Assembly: GCA_963699155.1 (NCBI GenBank)
Contig: OY969414.1
Span: 1,963,757-2,027,756 of the forward strand
Reading direction: 5' to 3'
Source of the DNA: an uncultured Chlamydiales bacterium
GTDB taxonomy: Bacteria > Chlamydiota > Chlamydiia > Chlamydiales > JAAKFR01
DNA: 64,000 bases
Under the pieces are notes generated by a model. It ran no database searches. It was not told the origin of the DNA and worked only from the letters and a program-made list of their open reading frames with translations. Both the position numbers and the translations under genes were made by a program. Positions 61,524 through 64,000 of this stretch are shown here, one piece after another (position 1 is the first letter of the stretch; every line of letters begins with the position of its first letter).

Positions 61524-63002
61524 ATGAGTTTCTTATTTCTTGGAACAGTGATCGGTTTTTTGGCCACCTTCCTCTATTATCGCTGGCGCAAAGGGGGAAG
61601 CGAAAAAATCGCTCAGGAGATCTTGGCGAAGGCCGAAGCGGAGGCAGAGCAGATCCGAAAGGCTTCCCAGATAGAAGTGCAAAAAAAAGAGCAGGAGCTC
61701 GCGCAACTGATCGAAGGAAAAAGGGAGAAGCTCGATCAACAACTCTCCCACTCCGAGAGAAGAGCTCAAGAGATCGACAAAAAAGAGAAAGAGCTGACAA
61801 AGGTGAAGCTCCAATTAGAAAACAGACAGAAGGAGCTCTTTAGCCATGAAAAGAGATGTGAAGAGAAGATCCATCAAGTGGCAGCCATCTCGGCAGAAGA
61901 GGCGAAGTCCTATCTGCTGAATCGTTATCAGGAAGAGGTGCGAGCAGAGTGTGCCGCTTACCTTGTCAAGCAACGAAGAGAGGTCGAAGAAGAGGCTGAA
62001 AAAGAGGCGAGTCGGATTCTCTCGACAACGATAAATCGCCTTTCGACTGCAGCTGTATCTGACATGGCGATCGCCACCGTCGCCCTTCCCAACCAAGAGA
62101 TGAAAGGAAGAGTGATCGGACGTGAGGGGCGCAACATCCGCATTCTGGAACAAGCGACGGGAATGAACTTCATCATCGACGATACCCCAGGGGCCATCGT
62201 CATCTCCGGTTATGACCCTGTCCGCAAGGAGATTGCCAAGATTGCACTAAAAGAGCTGATTCAAGATGGGAGAATCCACCCCACACGCATCGAAGAGGTC
62301 GTTCTTCAAGCAGAAAAAAAAGTAGAACTGCTCATTCGAGAAAAAGGAGAAGAGGCAGCTCTCCTTGCCGGCAACTTTGTCTTCCACCCAGAACTGGTGC
62401 ACCTCCTTGGCCTCCTCTATTTCCGGTATAGTTATGGACAAAATCTCCTCACCCATAGCCTAGAGGTTAGCCGCATCATGGGCATTATCGCGGAAGAGCT
62501 CCATCTCGATGGCCCAAGAGCGCGCCGTATGGGCCTCCTTCACGACATCGGTAAGGCCGCACCGCCCGAGCTAGAAGGCTCTCACGCCCTCATCGGCCAG
62601 CAGTTGGCTCTCAAATATGGGGAAAAAGCGGATATCGCCAATGGCATCGGCTGCCATCATGGGGAAATCGAAGCTGAAACGATCGAAGCTAGCTTCTGCA
62701 CCACTGCTGATGCCCTCTCAGCTAATCGCCTTGGCGCCCGTATCGAAGCGATGGAGAGCTACCTCAAACGGTCGGCCAAGCTCGAAGCGATCTCTCGCCA
62801 ATTCGATGGCGTCGAAAAGGCCTACGCCATGCAAGCAGGACGCGAACTGCGTGTTATCGTCGAACCCAAAAGCTACGATGACACAAGCGCTCTCCATCTC
62901 GCCCGCGCCATTGCCCAGAAAATCGAAAAAGAGCTCAGCTATCCCGGCAAAATCAAAATCACCGTCATCCGCGAAAGCAAAGCAGTCGAATACGCCCAGT
63001 AA
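61524..63002 (+). CDS. rny: Ribonuclease Y
   Basis: TM anchor, coiled coil, KH (KGRVIGREGRNIR), HD (LLHDIGK), QAGRELRV. Confidence 0.95.
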   Translation: MSFLFLGTVIGFLATFLYYRWRKGGSEKIAQEILAKAEAEAEQIRKASQIEVQKKEQELAQLIEGKREKLDQQLSHSERRAQEIDKKEKELTKVKLQLENRQKELFSHEKRCEEKIHQVAAISAEEAKSYLLNRYQEEVRAECAAYLVKQRREVEEEAEKEASRILSTTINRLSTAAVSDMAIATVALPNQEMKGRVIGREGRNIRILEQATGMNFIIDDTPGAIVISGYDPVRKEIAKIALKELIQDGRIHPTRIEEVVLQAEKKVELLIREKGEEAALLAGNFVFHPELVHLLGLLYFRYSYGQNLLTHSLEVSRIMGIIAEELHLDGPRARRMGLLHDIGKAAPPELEGSHALIGQQLALKYGEKADIANGIGCHHGEIEAETIEASFCTTADALSANRLGARIEAMESYLKRSAKLEAISRQFDGVEKAYAMQAGRELRVIVEPKSYDDTSALHLARAIAQKIEKELSYPGKIKITVIRESKAVEYAQ

Positions 63003-63016
63003 GAATCAAGTTTTGA

Positions 63017-63241
63017 CTATCCAGCAAACAAATCATTTGGATTAGGTAAACGATGAAGCTTACCATCTTCCCTGAGTTGGTAGTTGGTGTCCCCTTTCTT
63101 AATAATATCCCCTACCTGCAGAGTGCCCGAAGCTCCAGCTCCACCTGATAAAGCTTTCATCTCTTCTGCTGACATTTCACTTTCAGGTTTTTCTTTATTC
63201 TCTGGCGATTGTTCTTTTTGAGATTTTTCTTTATTTTCCAT
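63017..63241 (-). CDS. Small protein with a double-glycine leader-like motif
   Basis: 74 aa, GGAGG RBS, EMSAEEMKALSGG. Confidence 0.65.
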   Translation of the reverse strand: MENKEKSQKEQSPENKEKPESEMSAEEMKALSGGAGASGTLQVGDIIKKGDTNYQLREDGKLHRLPNPNDLFAG

Positions 63242-63425
63242 GATAACCTCCTCTCATCAAGATAATTGTAAACAAAATCAGGCAGTTTGTCAAGTAAATT
63301 TTTTATAATGAAGATCAAATGAACCCTACGCCCAGAAAATCGAAAAAGAGCTCAAGCTGCCTTGACAAGTAACAGTAAAAACACTATCTCGGAGGTAATC
63401 TTTTATTAATGGGGAATTGTTGAAG

Positions 63426-63782
63426 ATGGCGATGGATATTCGGGAAGAAAAGAAGGGAAATATCATGATCTATGCGCTCAATGGGAGATTGGACAGCTCT
63501 ACCTCCCCCATGGTAGAGACTAAAATCATCGATGCGATCGAGGCGGGCGCTCACGATGTCGTTCTCAACTTCAGCAGTGTGGACTATATTTCAAGTGCTG
63601 GGATCCGCGTGCTTGTCCATTGTCATAAGGAGCTTGAAAAGAAGCATGGACACATTTTTTTGGCATCGGTTCCCAAGCCGATCGAAAATGTACTTTACAT
63701 CACTGGCTTCCTCCCCTACTTCAAAGTTTTTGAAAACCCCACGCTGGCACTAGCTGCTTTAGAAAAGGCGACTAATCGGTGA
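63426..63782 (+). CDS. rsbV: STAS anti-sigma factor antagonist
   Basis: LNGRLD, VDYISSAGIRVL; position matches chlamydial rsbV1. Confidence 0.9.
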   Translation: MAMDIREEKKGNIMIYALNGRLDSSTSPMVETKIIDAIEAGAHDVVLNFSSVDYISSAGIRVLVHCHKELEKKHGHIFLASVPKPIENVLYITGFLPYFKVFENPTLALAALEKATNR

Positions 63783-63828
63783 GCCTGACTCCCCTTTTGG
63801 ATTTATCGAGATTGAGAAAAAGTGGAAT

Positions 63829-63856
63829 GGCCCTTATGATCAAGGGCCTATTTTTT
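63829..63856 (+). terminator. Intrinsic terminator
   Basis: GGCCCTT-N6-AAGGGCC followed by TATTTTTT. Confidence 0.7.
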
Positions 63857-63875
63857 AAATAAAAAAAAAGATCTT

Positions 63876-64000
63876 ATGCGTCGGTCTATTTGCTATAGCG
63901 ATCCATCTGTGGCCCGCGCGGGGCAGAACTCTACGTGGAAATTTCATTATACCACGGCTACGGCCCTGCCTAAGGGGACCCGGCTCAAGTTTGACCTCCT
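63876..64000 (+). CDS. 5' part of a CT425-like (DUF3604) protein, cut by the window edge
   Basis: MRRSICYSDPSVARAGQNSTWKFHY...LPKGTRLKFDL; follows rsbV as in other chlamydiae. Confidence 0.7.
   Translation, partial: MRRSICYSDPSVARAGQNSTWKFHYTTATALPKGTRLKFDL

Overview
Chromosomal window from a member of the Chlamydiota, most likely an environmental lineage outside Chlamydiaceae. Basis: Pkn1-type kinase, yidC-dnaA with lgt nearby, the CT421.1/CT421.2-ybeY-CBS-rsbV-CT425-like gene order and many Inc-like bilobed membrane proteins, plus RNase Y and HemJ. Core genes include rpsI, rplM, miaB, ligA, yidC, dnaA, lgt, acpS, trxB, pfp, waaA, leuS, rnr, ybeY, rny and two tRNA-Met genes. An accessory tract (~30.6-47.2 kb) next to the tRNAs carries two near-identical IS481/IS1202-like elements, an ABC exporter, mgtA, a frameshifted F-box effector, a frameshifted DJ-1/VOC gene and a toxin-antitoxin pair. 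Two observations stand out. (1) Both IS copies have 14-15 bp target duplications ending exactly 28 bp before the first base of a -10 box, in the same orientation, which suggests promoter-targeted transposition. (2) A 1.6-kb nest of palindromic elements downstream of rpsI contains a structured cassette present twice with conserved arms and a variable 26-27 nt loop. All functional calls come from motif recognition by eye; no database searches were run.
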